A stretch of 64,000 nt of DNA from Thermoplasmata archaeon (GTDB lineage: Archaea; Thermoplasmatota; Thermoplasmata; Lutacidiplasmatales; UBA184). Below the pieces are notes generated by a model. It did no database searches. It saw nothing but the letters and a program-made list of their open reading frames with translations, and had not been told where the DNA came from. Positions 47,119 to 55,845 of this stretch are shown piece after piece. The position numbers and the translations under genes were made by a program. The stretch covers positions 3,676 to 67,675 of the forward strand of contig JAKAUN010000002.1 in the NCBI GenBank assembly GCA_021817605.1. Direction: 5' to 3'. Numbering within the stretch: position 1 is the first letter of the stretch; the number at the start of each line of letters is the position of its first letter.

Positions 47119-48141
47119 TCAGCCCGGGGTCGGCTGGCGAACGACGGCCTTGCGCCCGTAGCGCCAGGACCCCTCGATGGCGTAGAGGCGCCGCAGCCTC
47201 GTGTCGACCCGGCCGCCTAGCCGGATCTCACCCGGCTCCGTATCGGTGAGGGCCACCGTGGCTCGGAGACCGTCGGCGAGCGCGACGAGCGCCACCCCGT
47301 AGGGCCCGACAGCGGCGACCTGCTCGTCGAACTCGGTAGGCTGGCCTCCGGGGCCGATCCAGGTGAGCGCGACGACCTCGAGCCCGTCTCGGGGGAGCGA
47401 CTCCGCGGTGAGCGTGTCCGCCCGGCCGCAGCGGCGGCAGCGACCCCGGGAAGGGAAGCTGAGTGTCGAGCAGGAGCGGCATCTCTCGCCGGAGAACCTC
47501 CAGCGGCTGGCGACGGCCTCGAGGTAGCTCGCCCGCGGGACGTAGGCGCCCTCGGAGACGGCCGCCGACGGGAACGCCGGCGGTCCCTGGGGGGGCGGAG
47601 GACGTCCCACGGCAGGGCTAGCCGCCCAGTCGCCCACCCAAGCTTTCGCCGCGGCTGCGTCGGCCCGTTGGGCGATCGGGACGAGCGCGGCGAGCTCCTG
47701 CCCCGGGAGGGGAGCTGTCCCCGCGGGGAGAAGGCTCGCCGTCGAGGAAGGGAGCTCGTCGACCAGGAGGGCAAAGGCCCCCTCGCCCGGGGGCGGGACG
47801 GCCGACGCGGGGGAGCCCGAGGCCTCCTCCACGGCACCGACCAGCAGTTCCGGTCCGGCTCCGTGGGAGGCACGTTCGAGGGCGTCGGCAAGGGGGGAGG
47901 CGGTCGGGTCGGGCGCGGGAACCACCGTCACGCTCTCGCCGAGGATCCCGGCAAGCAGCTCCGGAGGGAGGGCCCGTGCGGCGCCGACTTCCCGGATCGT
48001 CCAGGCGGGTGGCCTCGAGGTGCTGCCGGCTAGTAGCCGCTCAAGCGCCGTCGCCACCAGCGTGAAGGCGTCCTCGTCCCAGGAGCGGACGCGGCGCCGG
48101 CCGTCGGTGCGGGTGGGGAGGTAGGCGGCGGCCCGCAGCAC
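47119..48141 (-). CDS. DUF35 Zn-ribbon/OB-fold protein preceded in-frame by a degenerate HMG-CoA-synthase-like segment
   Basis: C-terminal CRSCSTLSFPSRGRCRRCG (CxxC...CxxC) plus OB fold. N-terminal AAAYLPTRTDGRRRVRSWDEDAFTLVATALERL and GEGAFALLV resemble the HMGCS N-terminus and oxyanion-loop region, but the catalytic Cys position reads PDPTASPL. ATG 48141 is 14 nt below the thiolase stop. A shorter DUF35-only product from an internal start cannot be excluded. Confidence 0.6.
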   Translation of the reverse strand: MLRAAAYLPTRTDGRRRVRSWDEDAFTLVATALERLLAGSTSRPPAWTIREVGAARALPPELLAGILGESVTVVPAPDPTASPLADALERASHGAGPELLVGAVEEASGSPASAVPPPGEGAFALLVDELPSSTASLLPAGTAPLPGQELAALVPIAQRADAAAAKAWVGDWAASPAVGRPPPPQGPPAFPSAAVSEGAYVPRASYLEAVASRWRFSGERCRSCSTLSFPSRGRCRRCGRADTLTAESLPRDGLEVVALTWIGPGGQPTEFDEQVAAVGPYGVALVALADGLRATVALTDTEPGEIRLGGRVDTRLRRLYAIEGSWRYGRKAVVRQPTPG

Positions 48142-48157
48142 CCCGCGCGTCGTCCTC

Positions 48158-49321
48158 TCACCCCACCGAGTAGATCGTCACGGCGCAGGTCGCCCCGGCC
48201 CCGCCGACATTGTGCGTGAGCGCGCTTCGGGCCCCCGGGACCTGGCGGGGGCCGGCGCTCCCGCGGAGCTGGTGGAAGACCTCGTAGGCCTGAGAGACGC
48301 CCGTCGCTCCGATCGGATGGCCCTTGGCCTTGAGCCCCCCGTCGGGGTTGACAGGGATCCGGCCGTCGCGGCGCGTCGCCCCCGAGAGGGTGAGGGCTCC
48401 GGCCTCCCCACGGCCGGCGAAGCCGAGGTCCTCGAGGGCGAGGAGCTCGGCGATCGTGAAGCAGTCATGGACCTCGAGGAAGGAGATCGACCCACGCTCG
48501 GCCCCGGCGGAGCGGAAGGCGGTCTCGGCGGCCCGTCGGCTCGCCTCGAAGCCGGTGAGCTCGGCCCGCTCCTGCACGGCGAGGCGGTCGGAGGCCGCCC
48601 CGATCCCGTCGACGTAGACCGGCGTGTCGGTGTACCGTTTCGCCGTTTCGGTCGAGGCGAGGAGGACGGCGGCGGCCCCGTCGCTCACCGGACAGCAGTC
48701 GTAGAGCCCGAGCGGATCGGCGACCCGGGGGCTGCGCAGGGCCTGTTCGCGCTCGATGCGCTTCTGGAAGTGCGCGTTCGGGTTGAGCGCGCCGTTCTCG
48801 TGGTTCTTGACCGCGACCTCGGCGAGGGCCTCGCGCCCGAGCCGGTAGCGGTCGAGATAGGCCGAGGCGAGAAGCCCGTAGACCCCGGCGAAGGTGAGCC
48901 CGGCCTGGCGCTCCCACTCGGTGTCGCCCGAGACACCGAGCCAGAAGCGGCGGCGGGCGTTGGAGACGTCGGTCATCTTCTCGAGGCCCGCGACGAGGAC
49001 GAGGTCGGCCGACCCCGAGGCGATGGCGTGGACCGCCTCGTGAAGCGCAAAGCCGCCGGACGCGCAGGCGTTCTCGACCCGGACGCAGGCCAGCCCGGGG
49101 ACGCCGAGCTCCTCGGCGAGCAGGGCGGAGGAGTTGCCGATCTGCCAGCCGCCGAAGCCCAGCGACGCGAGGTAGCTGCGGTCCACCGCCGACGGCTCGA
49201 AAGCGCGGTCGACGCTGCCGAGCGCCTGGCGCACCGCGCTCCCCAGAAGGGCCCGGGGTCCCTCGGGAAGGACGCCGAACCGGGTGTGCCCCGCCCCGAC
49301 GATCGCCGCGCGATGCACCAC
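48158..49321 (-). CDS. Acetyl-CoA C-acetyltransferase (archaeal thiolase)
   Basis: MVHRAAIVGAGHTRFG... Catalytic ENACASGG. C-terminal NVGGAGATCAVTIY. 387 aa. Confidence 0.85.
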   Translation of the reverse strand: MVHRAAIVGAGHTRFGVLPEGPRALLGSAVRQALGSVDRAFEPSAVDRSYLASLGFGGWQIGNSSALLAEELGVPGLACVRVENACASGGFALHEAVHAIASGSADLVLVAGLEKMTDVSNARRRFWLGVSGDTEWERQAGLTFAGVYGLLASAYLDRYRLGREALAEVAVKNHENGALNPNAHFQKRIEREQALRSPRVADPLGLYDCCPVSDGAAAVLLASTETAKRYTDTPVYVDGIGAASDRLAVQERAELTGFEASRRAAETAFRSAGAERGSISFLEVHDCFTIAELLALEDLGFAGRGEAGALTLSGATRRDGRIPVNPDGGLKAKGHPIGATGVSQAYEVFHQLRGSAGPRQVPGARSALTHNVGGAGATCAVTIYSVG

Positions 49322-49387
49322 GTCTTCCCCGTTGCACGAACCGTCTTAACGCCTCAGTCGCTGCGCCGGCCGGGCAGCGGGGCCAGG

Positions 49388-49963
49388 GTGGGCGACGATC
49401 GTCCGTTGGTCGTGGGAGTCACGGGAGCGAGCGGAGCCCCGATCGCCGTGCGGGTCCTCGAGGCCCTGCAAGGGGCCGGCGTGCCGGTCGCCCTCGTCCT
49501 CTCGGAGGCCGGGCGGGCGGTCCTCCGGGCCGAGACCGACCTCGAGCCGCTCGCCGTCGAGCACCTCGCGGGCGTCACCTACCGCGACGACGACATCGCC
49601 GCCCCGATCGCCAGCGGCTCGCGCGCCACCCGAGGGATGGTCGTGGTTCCCTGCTCGGCGTCGACCGCGGCGAAGATCGCCGTCGGGCTCGCCGACACCC
49701 TGCTGACCCGGACCGCCTTCGTCCACCTCAAGGAGCGACGGCCGCTCGTCCTGGTTCCCCGCGAGACGCCGATGCCCAGTGTCCTCCTGAGGCACCTCGC
49801 CGCGCTCAGCGAGATGGGGGCCGTCGTCCTGCCGGTGAGTCCCCCTTACTACCTGCGGCCGAGGTCGCTCGCGGACCTCACCGACTACATGGCCGGCAAG
49901 GTCCTCGACCACGTCGGAGTGCCGCACCAGCTCTACCGTGGCTGGCGCGAGCCCGAGGAGTAG
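49388..49963 (+). CDS. ubiX: Flavin prenyltransferase UbiX (prenyl-FMN synthase)
   Basis: From GTG 49388: MGDDRPLVVGVTGASGAPIAVRVLEAL... and ...VVVPCSASTAAKIAVGLADTLLTR... match the UbiX/Pad1 flavoprotein. About 191 aa. The upstream track frame is antisense of the thiolase. Confidence 0.75.
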   Translation: MGDDRPLVVGVTGASGAPIAVRVLEALQGAGVPVALVLSEAGRAVLRAETDLEPLAVEHLAGVTYRDDDIAAPIASGSRATRGMVVVPCSASTAAKIAVGLADTLLTRTAFVHLKERRPLVLVPRETPMPSVLLRHLAALSEMGAVVLPVSPPYYLRPRSLADLTDYMAGKVLDHVGVPHQLYRGWREPEE

Positions 49964-49965
49964 GG

Positions 49966-50562
49966 ATGAGCGCACGGGTCCCCTCGCGCTCGAAAAGCCC
50001 GGCCGACCCGCTCGGTCGCTACGCGCCCGCGCCGTTCGTCGCGGCCAGCGCGGTGCTCGTCCTGCTCATCGTCTTCACCCCGGTCCTTTTGTCGACGGGG
50101 CCGAGCCCTCTGCTCACGCAGGGGGAGCTCACCATCGACCGCGTCGCGGGCCAGAACTGGACGAAGTTCTGGGTCATGCCGCTCGACCCGCACGCGGTCC
50201 TCTACCGGTCGATCACGCTCGCCGTCGGCACGGGATTCAGCTGGAACGGCACCTGCCCGACCTCTCCGCTCTCCTGGAGCACCACCTCCGACACGCAGAC
50301 CCACGCCCTCAGCGTAAACACGACCGCGGACCCGGTCGTGGTGAACGCGACCGCGGTCTACGCGATGGGCGCCGGACGCACGGTCTACGCCGGGGAGTAC
50401 GCCTTCGATGTGGTGAACCCCGGCGGCCCGAGCCCGACGATGCTCATGGTGCCGTGCACCTCCGCGACCCCGGGAGCCACCGTTCCGGAGCCCTCGGTCG
50501 CGGTGACCAACGCTTCGATCACCTTCGGCCTCGTCAACTACGGCAGCGGAGGGGTCCCGTGA
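49966..50562 (+). CDS. N-terminally membrane-anchored extracytoplasmic protein with N-glycosylation sequons, unknown function
   Basis: TM FVAASAVLVLLIVFTPVLL, then Ser/Thr/Asn-rich region with NWT, NGT, NTT, NAT, NAS sequons. Confidence 0.45.
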   Translation: MSARVPSRSKSPADPLGRYAPAPFVAASAVLVLLIVFTPVLLSTGPSPLLTQGELTIDRVAGQNWTKFWVMPLDPHAVLYRSITLAVGTGFSWNGTCPTSPLSWSTTSDTQTHALSVNTTADPVVVNATAVYAMGAGRTVYAGEYAFDVVNPGGPSPTMLMVPCTSATPGATVPEPSVAVTNASITFGLVNYGSGGVP

Positions 50563-50930
50563 GGCCGGGGAGGGCCGTTCTCGTCGTCTGGAGCGTCGTC
50601 GTGGGGGTCCTCGTGATCCTCGAGGTCGCGGAGGTGACCCGGGTGTTCACGGTCCCCATCGCCCGCGCCGTCGCCGACCCGCTCGTGCTGCTCGTCTCCC
50701 TTCTGTTCACGACGGTCATCGCGGTGGTCGGGGCGATCTTCGTCGGGATCTCGATGTCGGCGCGCCTGCTCAATCCCCGGGGATTCACCCCCTTCGAGGA
50801 AGAGATGCTCCGGATGCGCGCCGACCTCCTCGAAGTCAAGCGGTCGGTCGAGGAGGTCCTCCGGCGGGAGGGGGCCTCGCCGCCGACGGCTCCGCCGCGC
50901 GACCCGCCGAGGCCAGGAGACCGCCGGTGA
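50559..50930 (+). CDS. Small membrane protein (2 TM + charged C-terminal tail), unknown
   Basis: GTG 50559 overlaps the preceding stop (GTGA). AVLVVWSVVVGVLVILEV and PLVLLVSLLFTTVIAVVGAIFVGI. Confidence 0.4.
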   Translation: MRPGRAVLVVWSVVVGVLVILEVAEVTRVFTVPIARAVADPLVLLVSLLFTTVIAVVGAIFVGISMSARLLNPRGFTPFEEEMLRMRADLLEVKRSVEEVLRREGASPPTAPPRDPPRPGDRR

Positions 50931-51490
50931 AGGTCCCCGTCATCGACAACGGCGGGCAGTGGACGCATCGGGAGTACCGGGTCCTCCGCGACCTGGGCTC
51001 GGAGAGCCGGATCGTCCCGAACACGACCCCGCTCGAAGAGCTCGACGCGGACGGCATCGTCCTCTCGGGAGGCGCGCTCAGCCTGGAGGGCTCCGAGGCA
51101 CCTCTCGGGCGGGTCGACGAGTGGATCGACCGGGCCACCGTGCCGGTCCTGGCGATCTGCCTCGGTCACGAGTTCCTCGGCCGCCACTTCGGCGGGACGG
51201 TCGCTGGCGGCGGCGCGGAGTTCGGCTCGGTCGAGCTGACCGTCGACCGCCCGGACCACCCGCTCTTTCTCGGCCTACCGAACCGTCTCACCGTCTGGGC
51301 GAGCCACAACGACCAGGTCGTCCGGGCGCCTCCGGGCTGGTCGATCCTCGCGCACTCGGCCGCCTGCCCGATCGAGGCGATGGCCAGCCCCGACCGGCCC
51401 CTCTGGGGGCTGCAGTTCCACCCGGAGGTCGAGCACACCCAGGGCGGCAAGGAGATCTTCCGCCACTTCCTCGAGGCCTGTCGCCGCTGA
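50927..51490 (+). CDS. guaAA: GMP synthase glutamine amidotransferase subunit (GuaA subunit A, class I GATase)
   Basis: MKVPVIDNGGQWTHREYRVLRDLG, catalytic ICLGHEFLG, GLQFHPEV. 187 aa. The following gene lacks the SGGxDS PP-loop, so the ATP-pyrophosphatase subunit is encoded elsewhere. Confidence 0.8.
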   Translation: MKVPVIDNGGQWTHREYRVLRDLGSESRIVPNTTPLEELDADGIVLSGGALSLEGSEAPLGRVDEWIDRATVPVLAICLGHEFLGRHFGGTVAGGGAEFGSVELTVDRPDHPLFLGLPNRLTVWASHNDQVVRAPPGWSILAHSAACPIEAMASPDRPLWGLQFHPEVEHTQGGKEIFRHFLEACRR

Positions 51491-51545
51491 CCGGCCACGG
51501 TGCCCTCTCGCTATGTAGGGCTCACCGCTCGGGCCTGCAGGTCGG

Positions 51546-53111
51546 ATGGCGCGGATCCGAAGAGGCTCCACAGTCCGGGAGGCGGACCTCCTTTCGCGAG
51601 CCAAGGCGCTGAGGTCGAGCGTCGAGCCGCTGCTCCCGCGGCTCACCGCCGAGTGCCCGACCGAGCGGTTCGACCGTCTTCGGCAGGAGCTCGAGGAGGT
51701 CCGGGCCGCACGCGAGGACGACAAGCGGCTCACGCGTCTCTCCCGCTGGGGGGATCCTCTCGCCCGGGCCTACGCCGGCCTGCTCAAGTTCGCCCTCGAA
51801 CCGACGGCGCCCGCGGTGGTCGCCTTCGAGATCCCGGGTGGCGAGGTCTCCTTCGCGCCGCTCGCCCGCACCGACCGGGAGGCAGAGGTCGCGGTGCAAC
51901 AGTCGGACGACCCGGGACGCCTGCTCCTCGGCTACCTCACCTGGGGGAAACGCGGCTTTCACTTCTTCGCGACCCGCAAGACGCTCTGGTGCACGGGACG
52001 CTCGCCGACCCCTCCTGAGGAGTTCCTCGCGGAACGGATCGCCGAGCAGCCGTACCGCCTCATCGAGAACGCTGCGGAACGACGGTTCGACTGCCCGCAC
52101 CTTTCCAGCGGAGAGCCTCGACCCTACCTCGAGGTCGGCTGGGTCGGCGCGGACCGGCGGTTCCGGGTCTGCCGCCGCTGCGCGAAGGAGGGCCGTCAGC
52201 TGCTCTCGAGCCTGTCGGAAGGGGCGCTCGGGCCGGACCCCGTCGCGGAGTTCCCCGTCGCGGCCTCGCTCAACGTCCGCTGCTCCGGCGGGCAGGCGTG
52301 CGTGCACGCCGTCCTCCCGGAGCTGCCCCGCCCGCTCCGCCAGAGCTACGAGCGAGGGCGCCTTTCGGACGCGCAGCTGATCGACGAGTACCTCCTCGAG
52401 CTCAGGCCGCGTCTCGAGCGGGTGAGCCGGCCGACGTTCGTTGCCGGCGGGGTCTGCTACGGCTCCGATCTCTCGGGCTTTCTCCAGGCACTAGATCCCA
52501 CCCCGGCCGAACGGGCCGCGCTCGAGACGGTCCTCGGCGGACGCCCCGGGCTCTTTGAGGTGGACGAGCCGTCCGCGAGCCGGGCGCTCGAGAAGCTCTG
52601 GGCGTCGCACGCGGAGGAGATCGTCTCGGCGATCGTCCACGACCCGAAGGAGGCCCGACGGCTCGTCGACCAAGCCCGCGGCGCCCCGGGGCGCGTCGCG
52701 GAGATCCTCAAGCGCGCCCAGCGCCAGAGCGAGACCCGGGAGCTTCTGGGGACCTTGCCACAGTACGCTTCGCTCGCCCCCGAGGCCGCGTGGGCGGACC
52801 GGATCGCCCGCGTCCATCGCACCGGAGGGGATGCGGCCGCCGAGCGCGCCGTCACCGAGTCGCTCCCCCGCGAGGGCAAGACCCGCGGGCTCGCCTACGG
52901 GATGCTCCTCGCCATCGGGCGGACCGGCCCGCATGCCTGGCAGTTCTCCCCGACGGAGAAGGAGTTCGGCCAGTCGCTCGAGCCGCGGGCCCGTGCGCTC
53001 CTCGGCTCGACGCCGGAGGGCTACCACGAGGCGCTCGGCGCCCTCCTTACCGCCGCCGGCGTCGCGGGGTGGGGAACTCTGGCGGCTCCCAACGTTCCGC
53101 GCGAAGGGTAG
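51546..53111 (+). CDS. Hypothetical 521-aa protein with scattered Cys/His motifs
   Basis: No recognisable domain. Cys motifs CPHLSSG, RVCRRCAKEG, VRCSGGQACVHAV. Non-repetitive composition argues it is real. Confidence 0.5.
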   Translation: MARIRRGSTVREADLLSRAKALRSSVEPLLPRLTAECPTERFDRLRQELEEVRAAREDDKRLTRLSRWGDPLARAYAGLLKFALEPTAPAVVAFEIPGGEVSFAPLARTDREAEVAVQQSDDPGRLLLGYLTWGKRGFHFFATRKTLWCTGRSPTPPEEFLAERIAEQPYRLIENAAERRFDCPHLSSGEPRPYLEVGWVGADRRFRVCRRCAKEGRQLLSSLSEGALGPDPVAEFPVAASLNVRCSGGQACVHAVLPELPRPLRQSYERGRLSDAQLIDEYLLELRPRLERVSRPTFVAGGVCYGSDLSGFLQALDPTPAERAALETVLGGRPGLFEVDEPSASRALEKLWASHAEEIVSAIVHDPKEARRLVDQARGAPGRVAEILKRAQRQSETRELLGTLPQYASLAPEAAWADRIARVHRTGGDAAAERAVTESLPREGKTRGLAYGMLLAIGRTGPHAWQFSPTEKEFGQSLEPRARALLGSTPEGYHEALGALLTAAGVAGWGTLAAPNVPREG

Positions 53112-53194
53112 GCAGAAATAGAGCCGATCGCCTATTCGACGCCGTCTGCCGTCCGGGGACCCGGGTCGGGCCGGTAGCGGCAGGCGCTAGGACG

Positions 53195-53596
53195 GTGCGC
53201 GCTGCGGAGTCGGGAGGCCCCAGTGCGGTCGTCGCGGCGGGAGACGAGGAGACTCGCATCCTGCTGCGGGGCCTGCTTCGGCTCCATCACGTGCGGGTCG
53301 AAGGAGAGGCGCGCAACGCTTCCGTGGCTCTCGAGCTGCTTCGGCGCGTCCGTCCGTCGCTGCTCGTGCTCGACGTCGATCTTGCCGACGGCGGCTTCGA
53401 GAAGCTCTTGGCCGGCGCCCGCGCGCAGCTTCCCGGCCTCAGGATCGTCCTGGTCGCCCCGTCCTCCCGTCCCCCGCCGGCCCTGCCCGACGGCCCCGCG
53501 CCGGACGTGACGCTCCTGCGCCCGTTCCGCATTCGGGCCTTCGCCGAGGCGATCGCCCCGTCGGCCGGCGGCGCCCCGCCCGGCCCTCCTCCCTAG
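53195..53596 (+). CDS. Single-domain response-regulator receiver-like protein (possibly atypical: conserved Lys not evident)
   Basis: From GTG 53195: ...AVVAAGDEETRILLRGLLRLHHVRVEGEARNASVALELLRRVRPSLLVLDVDLADG... shows the acidic pocket and phospho-acceptor Asp context of CheY-like domains. Confidence 0.45.
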   Translation: MRAAESGGPSAVVAAGDEETRILLRGLLRLHHVRVEGEARNASVALELLRRVRPSLLVLDVDLADGGFEKLLAGARAQLPGLRIVLVAPSSRPPPALPDGPAPDVTLLRPFRIRAFAEAIAPSAGGAPPGPPP

Positions 53597-54360
53597 AGCT
53601 TGCGGAACCGGGCGAGAGCGGCGTCCTCCTCGAAGTGGAGGGTCGGCGCGAGGACGACCACGCAGTGCATCGGCGGGCCAAAGTCGCGGCCGACCAGGCG
53701 CGCGAAGGTCCCGACGTAGCCTCGTGCCTCCGGGCGGCCGACCCGGGCGGCCACGGCGAGCTCCTCGTCGTCGCCGACGACCTTCCCGTCGGGATCGCGC
53801 TCGCGCAGGAGCGCGAGCGCCCTGCCCGCCAGGAGGAACTCTCCGCGCTCGGGGGCGAGGTCGAGCAGGAGGAGGGTGTGCAGCCCCGCGCGACGGTTCT
53901 CGGCGATCCGCTCGAGAGGCGAGGTCGGGGAGAACCTCGGATCCGGTAGAGGCAGCGAGACCGGCCGGCCGAACCGGTAATGCATGAGCCCGAGGAAACC
54001 GGCCGCCGCGGAGAGGATCGAGGCGTTCGGAAGGTAGCTCCAGGTGTGGCCGGCGCGCTCGGCCGCGAGCCGCAGCGCGACATGCGTGGTCGCCGCGAAC
54101 GGGTCGCCGACCGCGAGGAGCGCCACGGAGGCCGAGCGCCCGAGAGCGGCGAGCACCGGTGCCTCCCCCTCGAGCGCCCCCCGCGCGAGAGTGACGATCG
54201 GCCGTCCGAGCTCCTGCGACAGGCGGTCCATCGACCCCGGGGCGGCGACCGCGGTGTACTCCTCGGCGAAGACCTCCGAGCGGGAAAGGACCTCGAGGGC
54301 CCGGCGCGAGAGCCCGCGCTCGTCATCCAGGCCCAGCCCGACGAACCAGAGCTCGGACAC
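53593..54360 (-). CDS. dphB: Diphthine synthase (Dph5/DphB)
   Basis: MSELWFVGLGLDDERGLSRRALEVL... tetrapyrrole-methylase fold. GDPFAATTH. Confidence 0.8.
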   Translation of the reverse strand: MSELWFVGLGLDDERGLSRRALEVLSRSEVFAEEYTAVAAPGSMDRLSQELGRPIVTLARGALEGEAPVLAALGRSASVALLAVGDPFAATTHVALRLAAERAGHTWSYLPNASILSAAAGFLGLMHYRFGRPVSLPLPDPRFSPTSPLERIAENRRAGLHTLLLLDLAPERGEFLLAGRALALLRERDPDGKVVGDDEELAVAARVGRPEARGYVGTFARLVGRDFGPPMHCVVVLAPTLHFEEDAALARFRKL

Positions 54361-54377
54361 GGCCGCTCGGCCCCTCG

Positions 54378-55181
54378 CTAGGCCCGCACGGCCATCACCG
54401 GGCAGGGAGCCGCCCTAAAGAGCGCCTCGAGGAAACGCCGCGTCAGCAGCCGCCCGCCGGCGAACTCCTCCTCGCCGACGATCACCAGCCCGTAGCGCTC
54501 CGCCGCGGCGGCCTGGAGCATGAGCTCGGGGAGGCGGCGGCGTCGGCCGAGCATCGCGGAGGGGAGCGGGCTGACGCGCCTCATGATCGGCACCCCTCGC
54601 GCGGTCCAGTCCTCGCCCGGGGCGGCCGCGGCCCGTCCGGCCGACGCTCCGACCGCGAGCGCGATCACCTGGACCCCGCCGGCCTTGACCGAGAGCTCCT
54701 CGGCGAGGGCGAGCGCCCGCGGCGGGGGGCTCTCGCGGAACGTGGGCAAAAGGATGCGCGGGAGAGCGTCGGTCGCCAGGGCGAGGCGGTTGACGACCAG
54801 CACGTTGGCGCGGGCGTGCTGGAGCAGCGCGCTCGCCGTCCGGCCGACGAACGGGTTGCGGCTGCGCCGGTCGCCTCGCAGCGTGAAGAGGATGGCATCG
54901 ACCCCGTGGGCCTCGGCGCTCTCGAGGATCTCCCCCGCGACGTCGGAGGCCGCGCGCACCTCGGGCTCGACGCGGATGTCGAGGACGGCGCCGGCCTCGT
55001 GCGCGGGGACGACCAGGTTGACGGACGCCCGCCACTCGCGCGTCACCTCCGGGAGGGTCGTGGTCGGGATGACGTGGAGCACGCGCACCTCGCCGTCCGG
55101 CTCCAGCAGCCGGGAAGCGAAGCGGACGAGCGGCTCGACCTCGGCTGCGACCTGGACGGGGACGAGGATCTTGCGGTACAC
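54378..55181 (-). CDS. Universal stress protein (tandem UspA domains), KdpQ-like position downstream of kdpC
   Basis: Two UspA-like halves (MYRKILVPVQ... and ...RILLPTFRESPP...). Sits 2 nt downstream of kdpC. Confidence 0.7.
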   Translation of the reverse strand: MYRKILVPVQVAAEVEPLVRFASRLLEPDGEVRVLHVIPTTTLPEVTREWRASVNLVVPAHEAGAVLDIRVEPEVRAASDVAGEILESAEAHGVDAILFTLRGDRRSRNPFVGRTASALLQHARANVLVVNRLALATDALPRILLPTFRESPPPRALALAEELSVKAGGVQVIALAVGASAGRAAAAPGEDWTARGVPIMRRVSPLPSAMLGRRRRLPELMLQAAAAERYGLVIVGEEEFAGGRLLTRRFLEALFRAAPCPVMAVRA

Positions 55182-55182
55182 G

Positions 55183-55845
55183 CTAGCACTTCCCTACGAG
55201 GCTCAGCAGAGCCATGTCGAGCTCAAGAACGTTCACGAAGGACTCGCCGAGGTAGGGAAGGGGTGGGGAGCTAATGTGGGCGTTCACCAGCGCGAGGACC
55301 TCCGCGACGGAGAGGTTGTTCTCCTGGGCGACCCGGGGGACCTGGACGAGGACGGCCTCGGGGACGAGGTCGGGGTCGACGGAGGAGGCGGACGGAGCGG
55401 CGTACCAGAAGGGGACGGTCGCATTGACCGAGAGGTTGCCGTAGAGACGCATGTAGTCGATCGTCTCGTTGAGCAGGCGGCCAAGAGCCGGGTCGCTCGG
55501 CCCGGGAGGGACCGCGGCGCCGAGAGTGGTGTTGTAGTCGGTGAGCGACGGACGGGCCCAGAACAGCGACGGGCCGAGCGTGCCGGCCGAGAGGTTCTGC
55601 GCGATGTCGACCGAGCCGACCACGGTCCCGTTCGGGCAGCGCAGCAGCGAGCCGCCGGCGCTCCCCGGGACCAGGAGCTCCGCCACGGCGCTCACCGCCA
55701 GCGGGTAGACGACGCCGGAGAGGAGGAGGGCGAGGACGAGGAAGATCCCGGCGGCCCGTGCGTGGGTCCTCAGCCGGTGCTCGGTCGGGACCGCCGGCTC
55801 GGTGGGCGGGCCGAGAGGCGCCGGCGGGCCCCGCGGGGCGCTCAC
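55183..55845 (-). CDS. kdpC: Potassium-transporting ATPase subunit C
   Basis: From GTG (cac 55843-55845, GTGA overlap with the kdpB stop). TM IFLVLALLLSGVVYPLAV. KdpC motifs LLRCPNGTVVGS..IAQNLS and LFWARPS..DYN. The upstream part of the track ORF to 56553 is out-of-frame overlap with kdpB. Confidence 0.8.
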   Translation of the reverse strand: MSAPRGPPAPLGPPTEPAVPTEHRLRTHARAAGIFLVLALLLSGVVYPLAVSAVAELLVPGSAGGSLLRCPNGTVVGSVDIAQNLSAGTLGPSLFWARPSLTDYNTTLGAAVPPGPSDPALGRLLNETIDYMRLYGNLSVNATVPFWYAAPSASSVDPDLVPEAVLVQVPRVAQENNLSVAEVLALVNAHISSPPLPYLGESFVNVLELDMALLSLVGKC

